Shown: in pieces, positions 29,321-39,681 of the stretch
Numbering within the stretch: position 1 is the first letter of the stretch
Layout of the letters: each line of letters begins with the position of its first letter
DNA from: an uncultured Gemmatimonadales bacterium
GTDB lineage: Bacteria > Gemmatimonadota > Gemmatimonadetes > Gemmatimonadales > GWC2-71-9
Assembly: GCA_963739455.1 (NCBI GenBank)
Contig: CAVUAK010000001.1
Location: 672,001 to 736,000 of the forward strand
Length of the DNA: 64,000 nt
Direction of reading: 5' to 3'
Notes under the pieces: generated by a model
The model's input: only the letters and a program-made list of their open reading frames with translations
What the model was told of the DNA's origin: nothing
The model's database searches: none
Made by a program: the position numbers and the translations under genes

Positions 29321-30286
29321 ATGTCCCGACCCCGCTTTGCCCCCTACGCGTGGGGGGTGGTGGCCTTCAGCTTCGCCGTGATCGTGTGGGGCGCCTACGT
29401 GCGTGCCAGTGGTTCTGGTGCTGGTTGCGGCGCCCATTGGCCGCTGTGCAATGGCACGGTGCTCCCGCGCGATCCGGCCGCGGAGACGTTGATCGAGCTC
29501 GCCCACCGGGCGACGAGCGGCATGGCACTGCTCCTCGTGGCGGGGCTGGTCATACTGGCCCGGCGGGACTTTCCGTCCGGCCACCTGGTGCGCCGCGCTG
29601 CCTGGGCCAGCCTCTTCTTCATGGTGACCGAAGCCCTGGTCGGGGCCGGGATCGTGCTGCTCCGGCTGGTGGCCGACAACGATTCCACAGCTCGCGCCGT
29701 ATATCTCGGCGTGCACCTGGTCAATACGTTCCTCCTGCTGGCCGCCATGACGCTGACCGCCTGGTGGGGATCGGGATGGCCGATGCCCCGGCAGCCCCTC
29801 GAATGGCGCCGCCTGGCCCCACTTTGGGGGGTGCTGGCGGCACTGCTGCTCGTTGGGGTCACCGGGGCCATCACGGCGCTGGGTGACACGCTCTTTCCCG
29901 CAGGGTCATTGGCGGAGGGGATGCGGCAGGATGCATCTCCCACCGCGCACATCCTGGTGCGCCTTCGGGTGCTGCACCCAATTCTTGCAATTGCAACCGG
30001 CGTGACCCTGCTGACGTACTCGGTGCGCGGAATAGTGCGGGAGACGTCTCCTGCGACGTCCCTCGTGGGGCGCGCCGCCGCCGGCCTGGTCGTGGTTCAA
30101 CTGATGGCCGGTGTCCTCAACCTCCTCCTGCTGGCGCCCATCTGGATGCAGCTCGTTCATCTCCTGCTGGCAGACCTGGTATGGCTCAGCGCCGTGCTCC
30201 TGACGGCGTGTGCCGCGGCCGAGACCGCACCGGATGCCCCCGGCAGCCGGTCACCCGCACTCGATACCGCCGTTGCGCATCGGTAG
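29321..30286 (+). CDS. ctaA: Heme A synthase (COX15/CtaA family)
   Basis: GAYVRASGSGAGCGAHWPLCNG, IELAHR, conserved His residues, multiple TMs. Confidence 0.85.
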   Translation: MSRPRFAPYAWGVVAFSFAVIVWGAYVRASGSGAGCGAHWPLCNGTVLPRDPAAETLIELAHRATSGMALLLVAGLVILARRDFPSGHLVRRAAWASLFFMVTEALVGAGIVLLRLVADNDSTARAVYLGVHLVNTFLLLAAMTLTAWWGSGWPMPRQPLEWRRLAPLWGVLAALLLVGVTGAITALGDTLFPAGSLAEGMRQDASPTAHILVRLRVLHPILAIATGVTLLTYSVRGIVRETSPATSLVGRAAAGLVVVQLMAGVLNLLLLAPIWMQLVHLLLADLVWLSAVLLTACAAAETAPDAPGSRSPALDTAVAHR

Positions 30287-30301
30287 GCTCCTGACACCCT
30301 G

Positions 30302-31172
30302 ATGGCCCGACCGCACCCCAAGCCAGAATTCGAGGCACAGCTTCCGCAGCCGGAGCGAAATCCGCTCGCGCCTTCGGTCAGCACGCTGATGCATGCGGTG
30401 TTGATCCTGGTCATTCTCCTGCTGTCGAAGAGGATGGAGGAACAGCAGGCGCAGCAGCCGAAGGCGGATTCGACCAAGACGCGAGAGGTGGCAATGGTGT
30501 ATGTGCCGCCACCGAAGCAGCCAGCACCCAAGCCGGTGGAGCCTCCACCAGCACCACCGGTGGAGTCGCCGCAGACCACAGGCTATCAACAAGACACCGG
30601 AGCCGGAGCCGAACGCACCTCCCGAGGCACCGCGCACCCAGGGCACGGTTGAACCCGACCAGCCACGCGCCCCCGATCCGGTGGGCGATCCCACTGCACC
30701 ACGGGCGCCGGACAACACGCCTCCGGCGCCCGAGCAGGTGAACAAGGAGGATGCGCTCAACGCCTCGATGGAGATGGAAGCGCAGCGGATATTCGGGAGG
30801 AAGAAGGGGGGCGTGGTGGCCGACGCGGGACCGGTGGCGACGCGCCCGTTCGAGAACGCGAATATCCCCGACAAGGTGTGCCCGGAGATCCCCAAGGATT
30901 CAACCGGGGCGACGCCGGATGGAGTGGTGAAGGGGCGGGTGGTGCAGCAGGAGACGGGGCGACCGCTGTCCAATGCCCACCTTCAGATGGTGGGGCAGAA
31001 GTACGCCACGTTCGCCGATGCCAACGGCGACTTCGAGCTGCACTTCGACCTGAACCTGATGGCGGAGTGCCGGGTGCAGTACGTCACCATCATTGCGCCC
31101 GGCTATCGCTCGCAGATGCTGCCCATCGTGATGGGCGGCGGCATTTCCACGGTGCCGCTCAAGCGGCGCTAG
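30302..31172 (+). CDS. Membrane-anchored Pro-rich protein with C-terminal carboxypeptidase-regulatory-like domain (frameshift near 30570)
   Basis: TM STLMHAVLILVILLL; Pro-rich linker; GVVKGRVVQQETGRPLSNA...ADANGDF...APGY in ORF 30501..31172. Confidence 0.65.
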
Positions 31173-31756
31173 GCGGCCCGCACCGCCTCGACGGAGATGT
31201 CGAGGTCAACGTCATCACCCAGCATGACCCCGCCGGCGTCGAGCACCTTGTTCCAGGCCACGCCGAAGTCCATGCGGTTGATCTTCCCGCTGACATGAAA
31301 ACCGACCCGCTGTCTCGCCCCATCGCCGGTCGTTCCCAGGTATTCGCCGCTCAGCGTCACCGGCTTCGTCACCCCACGGATCGTCAGGTTGCCCACCAGC
31401 GTCACCGCATTGCCGGCCACGACGACACTGGTGCTCCGGAAAGTGATCTCGGGGTGGTTCGCGGCATCGAAGAAATCGGCCGAGCGGAGGTGCGTGTCCC
31501 GCTTTTCCAGGCGCGTATCGATGCTCGTCGCCTGGATGACGATCTCGGTCGAGCCGCCGCTCCATGCCGATGGATTGCCGGTGATCGTTCCTTTCCAGTC
31601 GGTGAACGTCCCGCTGACCCTGCTCATGATGTGGCGAATGCGAAACGTGAGCTCGGAGTGCCCCTTGTCGATGTTGAACGTCGCGGTATCGGCCGCGACC
31701 GGTGGCGCCGCAAGGGCACCGGCAAGGGCGGCGGTGGTGAGCAGCAACGGGAGCAC
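31169..31756 (-). CDS. YceI family protein
   Basis: IDKGHSELTFRIRH, SIDT, RDTHLRSADFFDA, GNLTIRGVTKPV. Confidence 0.92.
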   Translation of the reverse strand: MLPLLLTTAALAGALAAPPVAADTATFNIDKGHSELTFRIRHIMSRVSGTFTDWKGTITGNPSAWSGGSTEIVIQATSIDTRLEKRDTHLRSADFFDAANHPEITFRSTSVVVAGNAVTLVGNLTIRGVTKPVTLSGEYLGTTGDGARQRVGFHVSGKINRMDFGVAWNKVLDAGGVMLGDDVDLDISVEAVRAA

Positions 31757-31769
31757 GCGGAAACCTCGA

Positions 31770-32144
31770 TCAGAACGGCTTGTAGATAGCCATGACGACG
31801 GCAATGCCACCGAGCACGGGCAGGAACCAGAAGATGGTGCGCGCCAGCTCGGGCTTCCGGTACGGAATGGCCACGAGCACGGCCAGCACGACCCAGCAGG
31901 CGAGCTTGACGAGAACCCAGCCTGGCAGGTTTCCGTGCATCACGCCCAACCGCGCCAACGCGCCGAAACCGCCAAGCAGGATGATGAAGGTGGCGACGCC
32001 GTGTGTGATGCCGATGAGCCGGCGCACGGATGAGGTGGACTTGGTGGCGCCGTTGGCGACGGTGAGTGCGAGGCCGCCGAGCGTAGCAAAGGCCAGCAGC
32101 ACACCCAGAATGTGCAGGACCTTGTAGGTTTCGTACGGGATCAT
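31770..32144 (-). CDS. Small 4-TM membrane protein (SirB2/DUF2269-like)
   Basis: YKVLHILGV, THGVA, WVLVKL, KPF C-terminus. Confidence 0.6.
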   Translation of the reverse strand: MIPYETYKVLHILGVLLAFATLGGLALTVANGATKSTSSVRRLIGITHGVATFIILLGGFGALARLGVMHGNLPGWVLVKLACWVVLAVLVAIPYRKPELARTIFWFLPVLGGIAVVMAIYKPF

Positions 32145-32171
32145 GACTGCCCTCGAGGAGAAGACGACGAC

Positions 32172-33626
32172 GTGACGAGCCGACAAGGTAGGGCCATCGC
32201 GGCCGTCGCGGGACCCCTCGCCTACCTGGCGTGCGTGCGCATGGGTCCTGCGGCACTCGGCCCCGACCAGCGCGAGGTGCTGGGCGTCGGCGCATGGATG
32301 CTGCTCTGGTGGCTCACCGAGCCGGTGCCGCTCGCGATCACTTCCCTCCTGCCGATCATTGTCCTTCCGCTCTTCGGCGTCGTGACGATGCGGGACATCA
32401 CCGCACCGTATGCCAGCGAGATGATCTTCCTCTTCCTCGCCGGCTTCCTGCTTGCAGCCGCACTCGAGTTCTGGGGCGCCCACCTGCGCCTCGCATTGCG
32501 CATCGTGTCGGCCGCCGGACGGAACGGCAAGCGCATCGTGCTGGCGCTCATGGTGGCCACCGCGTTCCTCTCCATGTGGATCTCGAACACGGCCACCGCG
32601 GCGATGATGTATCCCATCGCGATGGCACTGGGCCAGCTGTTCGGCGAGGGCGCTCCCGCCGATCGCATCCGCTCATCACTCTTCCTCGGCCTTGCGTACG
32701 CCGCATCGATCGGCGGCATGGGCACCCTCATCGGTACCCCTCCCAACCTGATCTTTGCTGCAGCGGCGAAAGAGCTGCTCGGGCAGCCGGTGGACTTTGC
32801 GCGCTACCTGCTCATTGGCGTACCGTGCGTGATCGTGCTCGTGCCCGCCTGCTGGGCGCTGCTCACGTACGTTCTCTTTCCGAGCAATGCCGAGCTGGGT
32901 GAAGCGGCGGAACACGCGGTGGCGGCGCGGCGCGAGCGCCTGGGCAAGTTCAAGGGCGGCGAACGCGCGACGATCGTGGTGTTCGGCCTCACGGCGCTCG
33001 CCTGGATCTTCCGCGAACCGAAGCAGCTCGGCGGCCTGTCGATCCCGGGTCTTACGGCGCTGGCGCCGGGGCTCAGCGACGCCGCAATCGGACTCACCGG
33101 CGCACTCGCGCTGTTCCTCATTCCGGCGAAGGACGTGACGGGCGCACGTCGCCGGCTGCTCAGCTGGCACGAGGCAAAGGGAATTCCGTGGGAGGTCCTG
33201 CTCCTCTTCGGCGGCGGCCTTGCCCTCGCATCCGCCACGGAACTGGTGGGCCTGACCCAGTGGTTCGGCGAGCAGGTGACGGGGCTGCAGGGGGCCTCGC
33301 CGTTCATCGTGCTCCTCGTGGTGGCCGCCGGCACGGTGCTGCTCAGCGAACTCGCGTCGAATACCGCGGTCGCGGCGATGGCGATGCCGATTGCGGCGGG
33401 CCTCGCGTCGGGTGCCGAGCTGCCGGCGATCCGGGTCATGGCGGTGGCGGCGCTGGCAGCTTCGGTCGGCTTCGCGCTGCCGATCGCGACGCCGCCGAAC
33501 GCCATTGCCTACGGCTCGGGCCGGGTCAGTGCGCGGCAGATGCTGCGCGCCGGGCTCGTCATGGATGTCATTGCCGTGATCGTCATCGTCGCGGTGGTGC
33601 TACTGCTCGGTCCGGTCGCGGGGTGA
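32172..33626 (+). CDS. SLC13/DASS family anion symporter
   Basis: LSMWISNTAT, GTLIGTPPN, SNTA, LPIATPPNAI. Confidence 0.92.
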   Translation: MTSRQGRAIAAVAGPLAYLACVRMGPAALGPDQREVLGVGAWMLLWWLTEPVPLAITSLLPIIVLPLFGVVTMRDITAPYASEMIFLFLAGFLLAAALEFWGAHLRLALRIVSAAGRNGKRIVLALMVATAFLSMWISNTATAAMMYPIAMALGQLFGEGAPADRIRSSLFLGLAYAASIGGMGTLIGTPPNLIFAAAAKELLGQPVDFARYLLIGVPCVIVLVPACWALLTYVLFPSNAELGEAAEHAVAARRERLGKFKGGERATIVVFGLTALAWIFREPKQLGGLSIPGLTALAPGLSDAAIGLTGALALFLIPAKDVTGARRRLLSWHEAKGIPWEVLLLFGGGLALASATELVGLTQWFGEQVTGLQGASPFIVLLVVAAGTVLLSELASNTAVAAMAMPIAAGLASGAELPAIRVMAVAALAASVGFALPIATPPNAIAYGSGRVSARQMLRAGLVMDVIAVIVIVAVVLLLGPVAG

Positions 33627-34510
33627 GCGAGAAGGCCACTGACCAGGCCCCGAGCGAAAACCCGCTGAGTCGCGTCGACGCCAGGATTGTCGGTCTTCGC
33701 CTCGGGTTCCGGATCCTCGGACCGCTGCTACCTGGGCCAGCAGCACGGGTGGCGGAGCGGCTCTTCACTCGTCCACCGCACCATCCGGTGCGCGAGTCCG
33801 AGGAGGATTTCCTGGTGTCGGGCGCCCGATTCTCGGTTCCGCTCGACGGCCACAAGCTCGCCTGCTGGAGCTGGGGCGATGGCCCCGTCGTCCTGGTGAT
33901 GCATGGCTGGGGCAGTCGCGCGGGCCGGTTTCGACACTTCGTGCCGGCGCTGCGCCAACTCGGGTTCCGCGTTGTCGCGCTCGATGGACCGGGGCACGGT
34001 CGCACCGGCGGCACCAGCGCTTCGCTCCCCCAGTTTGCGGCCGCCGTCACCGCGGTCGCCGACGCAGTTGGACCGGTCCGGGCGTTCATCGGGCATTCGC
34101 TTGGCGGTGCCGCGATCCTGTTCGCCATGTCCCGCTCAGTGCCGCCCGCCCCCGCCGCGCTGATCGCTCCCCCATCCGACCCCGCGATCTACTGGCGACG
34201 CTTCGTTCGTCACCTGCACGTTCCGCCATCGGTGCGGCGACGCCTCCAGCACCGCCTTCAGGAGCGGTTCGGACTCGAGTGGAGTGACCTGGACCTGCTG
34301 CCGGCGGCGGCGCGGCTCCAGGTGCCGCTCCTCGTCATCCACGACGAGGGCGACGACGATGTCCCCGCGGACAATGGCCGCGGACTCGCTGCGGCGGCAC
34401 CCCGGGGCCGGCTGGTCCTGACCAGCGGCCTCGGTCACCGGGCCATCATGCGGGACCCCGACGTGGTGCGCATGGTGGTGGAGTTCATTGATGCTGAGGT
34501 ATCCCGGTGA
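33623..34510 (+). CDS. Alpha/beta hydrolase
   Basis: HGWG, GHSLG nucleophile elbow, HDEGD, GLGH; GTG overlaps the upstream stop. Confidence 0.88.
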   Translation: MSEKATDQAPSENPLSRVDARIVGLRLGFRILGPLLPGPAARVAERLFTRPPHHPVRESEEDFLVSGARFSVPLDGHKLACWSWGDGPVVLVMHGWGSRAGRFRHFVPALRQLGFRVVALDGPGHGRTGGTSASLPQFAAAVTAVADAVGPVRAFIGHSLGGAAILFAMSRSVPPAPAALIAPPSDPAIYWRRFVRHLHVPPSVRRRLQHRLQERFGLEWSDLDLLPAAARLQVPLLVIHDEGDDDVPADNGRGLAAAAPRGRLVLTSGLGHRAIMRDPDVVRMVVEFIDAEVSR

Positions 34511-34806
34511 TCGTGATGGACCGGGTAAACGCGCTCGCGCCCGGCTGGTCGCATGTGCTCTCCACCACCAATGACCTGGCCGAGCTCGATGCATTCCGGA
34601 TCAGGGTGGGTGCGCCACGGCAGGCGTTTCACCTGCGTGGACGCCGGCCGCATCTCGACCTCAAGGACGCACCCCGACACCTGGCGCTGATACAGCCGGA
34701 TGTGAGGGTGTTTGAGAGGACCAGTGAGATGCTGCGGTTTCTCAAGGAACTGCGTGAGGAGGAACGGCGACTGCGTGAGGGGGAACTGCAACCGCGTGGG
34801 GAGTGA
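34507..34806 (+). CDS. DUF4031-like small protein
   Basis: WSH...LAELDAF...PHLDL pattern; start overlaps the upstream stop. Confidence 0.6.
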   Translation: MIVMDRVNALAPGWSHVLSTTNDLAELDAFRIRVGAPRQAFHLRGRRPHLDLKDAPRHLALIQPDVRVFERTSEMLRFLKELREEERRLREGELQPRGE

Positions 34807-34815
34807 GGGGGCTCG

Positions 34816-35259
34816 ATGATGCGAACGGTTGTGGGCAGCGTCGCGGGGCCGATCGCGGCGGGCGCAATCGCGGTGCTGGCCCGGGCGATGAATGGCCGCA
34901 AGCTGCGCCCGCTGTCGAAGCGCGAGCGAAGCGACCTGGAAGGCGTGGTGCCCGGGCTCGACCTGATGCGCGTACGCGTGGCTGAGGGATGCCGGCTGCC
35001 ACTACTGCCGGAGTTTGTCGCGATCACGCTGGGCCGGTCGATCTACGTGCGCGGCCACCTGGCGCGGCGGTCGTCCACGCTGCTGGCCCATGAGCTGGCG
35101 CACGTGCGGCAGTTCACCGAAAAGGGATGGCTCGCCATGACGGCGGGCTATGCCACACTCTGGCTGCAGCACGGCTATGCAAACCACCCGATGGAAACGG
35201 AGGCACGGGCCGCCGAGAAGGCCTTTGCGTCGCGGCCCAGGGCTACGGGACCGCGCTAG
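34816..35259 (+). CDS. DUF4157-like HExxH protein
   Basis: AITLGRSIY, LLAHELAHVRQ, NHPMETEAR. Confidence 0.7.
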   Translation: MMRTVVGSVAGPIAAGAIAVLARAMNGRKLRPLSKRERSDLEGVVPGLDLMRVRVAEGCRLPLLPEFVAITLGRSIYVRGHLARRSSTLLAHELAHVRQFTEKGWLAMTAGYATLWLQHGYANHPMETEARAAEKAFASRPRATGPR

Positions 35260-35262
35260 CGG

Positions 35263-35844
35263 TCAGCCTGGATGCAAACCGAAGGTGACGTGGATGTGCA
35301 CAGTGATATGCTCGTTCATCTTGAGCACGCCAAGGAACTTGCTGAGGCCCCCGATCTTGTAGTCCTTCAGGTTGAGTGGGGCGCTCGAGTCAATGGTGAT
35401 CGTCTCGTCGTGTCGCACGACGACTGCAGGCAATTCGACGGCCTGCGTCACGCCGTGAATGATGAAGTCCCCGCCCAGCACGGCGTCAGTGGAGTCGCCG
35501 CGCTCCGTCGTCACGCTCACCGTCTTCAGCTCAAATCGAATCGTCGGGAAGGTATCCGACTCCATCGACTTGTTGAGATCCCTGTCGCGCTTGTCGTTTC
35601 CGGTGACAAGCGTGTTTACCGGAGCCTCGACGAAGCCGCGCACATCGGCGAGTGAGGGCCCACCCGTCATGGAACCGCTGACGGTGTGCGTCACGCCGGT
35701 GAAATCGCCGGCCGTCGCCTTGCCGTCGAAGCTGAGGGTGCCCTCGGCGACGGAGCCGTTCGGCACGCCCTGCTGCGCAGCCATCGCATCCGCGCCGCAG
35801 CACAGGACGACGAGCAGGGCCGCGAGCCCGACCGCGCGACTCAA
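35263..35844 (-). CDS. YceI family protein
   Basis: Signal peptide; LVTGNDKRDRDL, FPTIRF, IHGVT. Confidence 0.82.
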   Translation of the reverse strand: MSRAVGLAALLVVLCCGADAMAAQQGVPNGSVAEGTLSFDGKATAGDFTGVTHTVSGSMTGGPSLADVRGFVEAPVNTLVTGNDKRDRDLNKSMESDTFPTIRFELKTVSVTTERGDSTDAVLGGDFIIHGVTQAVELPAVVVRHDETITIDSSAPLNLKDYKIGGLSKFLGVLKMNEHITVHIHVTFGLHPG

Positions 35845-36704
35845 TTCCCCAGCTTTCCGAGCGCGGCGCGGATGGTGAGGCTGACACTGCTGCCGTAGGT
35901 CACCAGGGTGTAGAACTGGCCCGTCACCGACCAGCGTCGCGCCAGTTCCCAGGTCAGGCCGCCGAAAATTGCGGCCGCATTCAGTGTCGCCTCTACCCGA
36001 TTGTCATCGAGGATGCCATCGCGGTTGGTGAAGTTGACCTGGAACGTCGGCATCAGGCGGGTATAGCCACCGCCGATGTAGGGACGCACCGCGCCCTGGT
36101 TGAGGAACGCGCCAAGTGTCAGGTCGGCGCCGTAGACGGCCGGATTGAACGAGTCATCCGACGGCGTGCCCTGATAACAGGAGTTCGCAGGGTTGAGCAC
36201 GTCCTGCTCATCACAGGTGAAAGCGCCGTGCACGCTGCCGAATGAGGCATTGACGCTCAGGTTGGCGATGATGACGCCGCCGATCGGCTGGGACGACCAG
36301 TCAGCGCCGAGCCCGATGATGTTCGCTGAGACGCCCGACACCGGAATCGGCGGAATCCACCCCGCGACGGCGGCGAAGCCCTTGCCGAGCCCGACACGAA
36401 TGCTCGGCTGTGCAGCGACGACGAGCTGGTTGGTGTTGGAGAGCGATTCTCCGGAGCCGCAGGTGGTGGGCGCCAGCGCGTCCTGGTCCACCTCGGGCAC
36501 GGTGAGGATGCCCAGCCCGAGCTCCACGCGTCCCGCCGTGGTGTGGCCAGGGCCACGTGTCGGCGTGAACGCAATGGCTACCGACTTGGTGCCCATCGTC
36601 TGTGCCTCGGGCGAGCCGGGAGCCGCGACACACGTACCCTGCGCTGCAAGCGGCGCTGCACCCAGCACCGCCAGCAGCGGAAGGATGTATTTCATCGACG
36701 ACAT
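35841..36704 (-). CDS. Secreted or outer-membrane beta-rich hypothetical protein
   Basis: Signal peptide LAA-Q; amphipathic strands (RPYIGGGY). Confidence 0.6.
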   Translation of the reverse strand: MSSMKYILPLLAVLGAAPLAAQGTCVAAPGSPEAQTMGTKSVAIAFTPTRGPGHTTAGRVELGLGILTVPEVDQDALAPTTCGSGESLSNTNQLVVAAQPSIRVGLGKGFAAVAGWIPPIPVSGVSANIIGLGADWSSQPIGGVIIANLSVNASFGSVHGAFTCDEQDVLNPANSCYQGTPSDDSFNPAVYGADLTLGAFLNQGAVRPYIGGGYTRLMPTFQVNFTNRDGILDDNRVEATLNAAAIFGGLTWELARRWSVTGQFYTLVTYGSSVSLTIRAALGKLGN

Positions 36705-36714
36705 GGCGCGGTCG

Positions 36715-37411
36715 CTAGTTGACCGTCACCGTGCCGGACATGCCATTGACGTTGCCGTTCGATGGGTTCCCACCATGCACCGTGCAGAAGAACTTGAAGG
36801 TGCCGGCGGTCGGGAACGTCGCTGAGTACTCGAACGGTGCATCCTGGACGCCCGGCAGGCCCGGGCTCGCCGGCAGCGGGGATGGGTTGCCGGTGTCCGG
36901 ACTCACGTTGTGGTTCGTGGCGCCGCTGGCCCACACAAACCGCACCGTCTGCCCGGCACTGATGGTGATGGTCGCGGGCGAGAACTGGGCTGCGTTGCCG
37001 GGGCCAACCGTGATGGTCGGAACGGTCGGCGACGTGGCGTTGAACGTGAGGGGGGAGCCGGTCGCGCCCGCCACGGAAGCGGTGGCTGTCTGCGCCCCAC
37101 CACCCGCACCGAGGGTCCAGTCGTGACCGCAACTCCGTTCGCGTCGGTGGTGCTTGTTGCCGGTGCGAGCGAGCCGCCGCTGGGCGTGGCCCAGGTGACG
37201 GTCGCACCGATTCTGGAGGATCCCACCATCGGCCACTACAACGCGCAGTGGATTTCGCAAGTGCGGCACCTGCGGTGCCGGACTGATTGTCGCCGCTATT
37301 GGTCGCCGTCTTCGCTACCGTGAGCGCGATCGGGTCACCGTTGTCGCTGCTGCAGGCCCCAAGCGTAGCAATAAGTGCGAGGCCAACGACGGCCCTGGAG
37401 GTAAGAGACAT
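36715..37411 (-). CDS. Lipoprotein with Ig-like and C-terminal cupredoxin domains (frameshifts at about 37120-37260)
   Basis: Lipobox LGA-C; SGDNQSGTAG and TTDANG Ig-like motifs; HNV...FCTVH...GMSGTVTV type-1 copper ligands. Confidence 0.75.
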
Positions 37412-37567
37412 TGTGCGCCTCACGCAGAAGGTGGTGATTGAAGACAAGACAGGTTCACGGTGCAAGAGGGATACCCTGCACACATCTTCCTGCGTGTCAG
37501 TCACTTGGCCTGCTGCAAGGTCTCGCACTCGAGGGCGAATCGCCCGCCCCGTCGCGGATCGCCCGCG

Positions 37568-38428
37568 TCAGCGCGGCGGTCCAGTTTCGATGGGCAGGTC
37601 ATGGCGCTGTCCCCACTCCGTCCACGAACCATCGTAGAGCGAAATGTCCGTGACGCCGAGCACATGCAGTGCGAACAGCAGGCTGCACGCAGTGACACCT
37701 GACCCACACGAAGCAATGAGTGGCTGCTTTGTGTCGATGCCGGCGTTCGCGATGGTCGCGCGAAGTTCCGCCGGTGAGCGCAGCAGGCCACGGTCATCGA
37801 CGAGCTGCGCGTAGGGGATGTTCCTGCTGCCGGGTATGTGACCGCCACGAACGCCGGGGCGCGGCTCGGGCTCGGTCCCTTCGAACCTTCCGCGCGAGCG
37901 CATGTCGACGACCTGTGCGGTGCGCTGCTGCTGTGCTTCAAGCACCTGGGGCGCACTTCGCATCATGGCGGGGCGGAGAACTGCGCTGAAGTTTCCGCGC
38001 AGTGGAAGCCTCGCGTCGCCGAACTCCAGTGGGGCGCCGGCGTACTCCGTCCACGCGGCGAGGCCGCCGTCGAGCACGGAGACCGCATCATGCCCGAAAG
38101 CGCGGAACATCCACCAGGCGCGTGGCGCACTGAAGTTGGTGCCCGAGGCATCGTAGACGACGACATGATCGGTGCTGGAAACACCGAGTCGCGATACCAC
38201 CTCCGCGAACTGCGCCGCGGGCGGGAGGGTGTGCGGCAACGGCGACGCAGGATCGCTCGCGTCATCAATGTTGAAGAGCTGCGCGCCGGGGATGTGACCC
38301 ACGCGGAACTCGCCGTCGGGATCGCGGTTCATGCCCGTGAGGTACCAGGAGGCGTCAAGGACCCGGACACCGGGGTCGTCAAGATGGTCCCGAAGCCACC
38401 GAGCCGATACGAGGGGAGGAACAGGCAT
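37568..38428 (-). CDS. sseA: 3-mercaptopyruvate sulfurtransferase
   Basis: VLDASWY, GHIPGA, RAWWM, active site [17 protein letters not shown]. Confidence 0.92.
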   Translation of the reverse strand: MPVPPLVSARWLRDHLDDPGVRVLDASWYLTGMNRDPDGEFRVGHIPGAQLFNIDDASDPASPLPHTLPPAAQFAEVVSRLGVSSTDHVVVYDASGTNFSAPRAWWMFRAFGHDAVSVLDGGLAAWTEYAGAPLEFGDARLPLRGNFSAVLRPAMMRSAPQVLEAQQQRTAQVVDMRSRGRFEGTEPEPRPGVRGGHIPGSRNIPYAQLVDDRGLLRSPAELRATIANAGIDTKQPLIASCGSGVTACSLLFALHVLGVTDISLYDGSWTEWGQRHDLPIETGPPR

Positions 38429-38526
38429 GCATGAAGCTACTCCCCTCATGTCTTCACGTCCTCACGCCCAGTTTGACCGCACGATTCGGGTAGCCGCGCC
38501 ATCTGTGCGGCGCTAACGTGTGCACC

Positions 38527-39594
38527 ATGCGACGCGCCCTCAATCCCCGCACCGCCTGGCGGGCAGTGGAAAATCGTGATGCCCGTTCCGACGGGCGATT
38601 CGTGTACGCGGTGCAGTCCACGGGGATCTACTGCCGACCGAGCTGCCCGTCACGCAGGCCACGACGGGACCGGGTGCAGTTCTTCGCGGCACCGCGCGAC
38701 GCCGAAGAGGGCGGCTTCCGCGCCTGCCGACGCTGCCGACCGGAGCGCGCGGAAGCGCCACTCGCGGAACGCGTCCTTGCCATCATCGATGCCGCCGGCG
38801 GCAGCAACGTTCCGCTTGCCCGGCTGGCCGCGGAGCTTTCGGTGAGCCCGGCGCACCTGCAGCGCACGTTCACGCGAGCGCAGGGAATGAGCCCGCGGGC
38901 CTATGCGGAGCGGGTGCGCGGTGAGCGGATGCGGCAGTCGCTCCGCGCGGGACAGCCGGTGAGCCGAGCCACATACGACGCAGGATTCAATTCGAGCAGC
39001 CGGGCCTATGCCGCTTCAGCGCGCGCGCTCGGCATGACACCAGGGAGCTATCGCAGGGGAGGCGCAGGAATGGACATCCAGTACACACTCATCAACTCAT
39101 CACTCGGCCGGCTGCTCGTGGCCCGCACCGATCGTGGTATCTGCGCGGTGTATCCGGGGAACACTGACGCCACGCTGGAGCGCCAGCTCGCCGAGGAGTT
39201 TCCCAGGGCGGAGCGCCGGAAGGTGGCGACGCCATTCGCCGAGGCGCGACAGGTGCGCGATGCAGTCGACAAGGGTGCCAGGGAATTGCCGGCGTTCGAC
39301 GTAAGCGGAACCGACTTTCAGCGGCTGGTCTGGGCGGCCCTGGCCCGAATCCCGGCGGGGCAGACCCGCACCTATGGTGAAGTTGCGGAATCAATCGGGC
39401 GAGCGGGATCAGCCCGGGCGGTGGCCCGGGCCTGCGCGACGAACAATGTGGCAGTACTGGTGCCGTGCCACCGGGTCGTGCGGGGGGATGGCGGAATGGG
39501 AGGCTACCGGTGGGGCATTGAACGGAAAGAGACCCTGCTGGGGCGCGAGACAAAACAAGGGGAACAGGGAACAGGGAACTTGGAACAGGATTGA
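38527..39594 (+). CDS. ada: Ada bifunctional regulator / O6-methylguanine methyltransferase
   Basis: TGIYCRPSC, GFRACRRC, AraC-type HTH, PCHRV. Confidence 0.95.
   Translation: MRRALNPRTAWRAVENRDARSDGRFVYAVQSTGIYCRPSCPSRRPRRDRVQFFAAPRDAEEGGFRACRRCRPERAEAPLAERVLAIIDAAGGSNVPLARLAAELSVSPAHLQRTFTRAQGMSPRAYAERVRGERMRQSLRAGQPVSRATYDAGFNSSSRAYAASARALGMTPGSYRRGGAGMDIQYTLINSSLGRLLVARTDRGICAVYPGNTDATLERQLAEEFPRAERRKVATPFAEARQVRDAVDKGARELPAFDVSGTDFQRLVWAALARIPAGQTRTYGEVAESIGRAGSARAVARACATNNVAVLVPCHRVVRGDGGMGGYRWGIERKETLLGRETKQGEQGTGNLEQD
39560..39587. repeat. Heptamer tandem repeat (GGGAACA)-like x4
   Basis: GGGAACA GGGAACA GGGAACT TGGAACA at the 3' end of ada. Confidence 0.75.
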
Positions 39595-39681
39595 CCAAGG
39601 CGGCCGCTTCAAGCCTCACGTCCTCACGTCCCGTATTGACGCCCCGGCAGGTAGACCCTACGCTACAGGCAGGAGGTTCCC

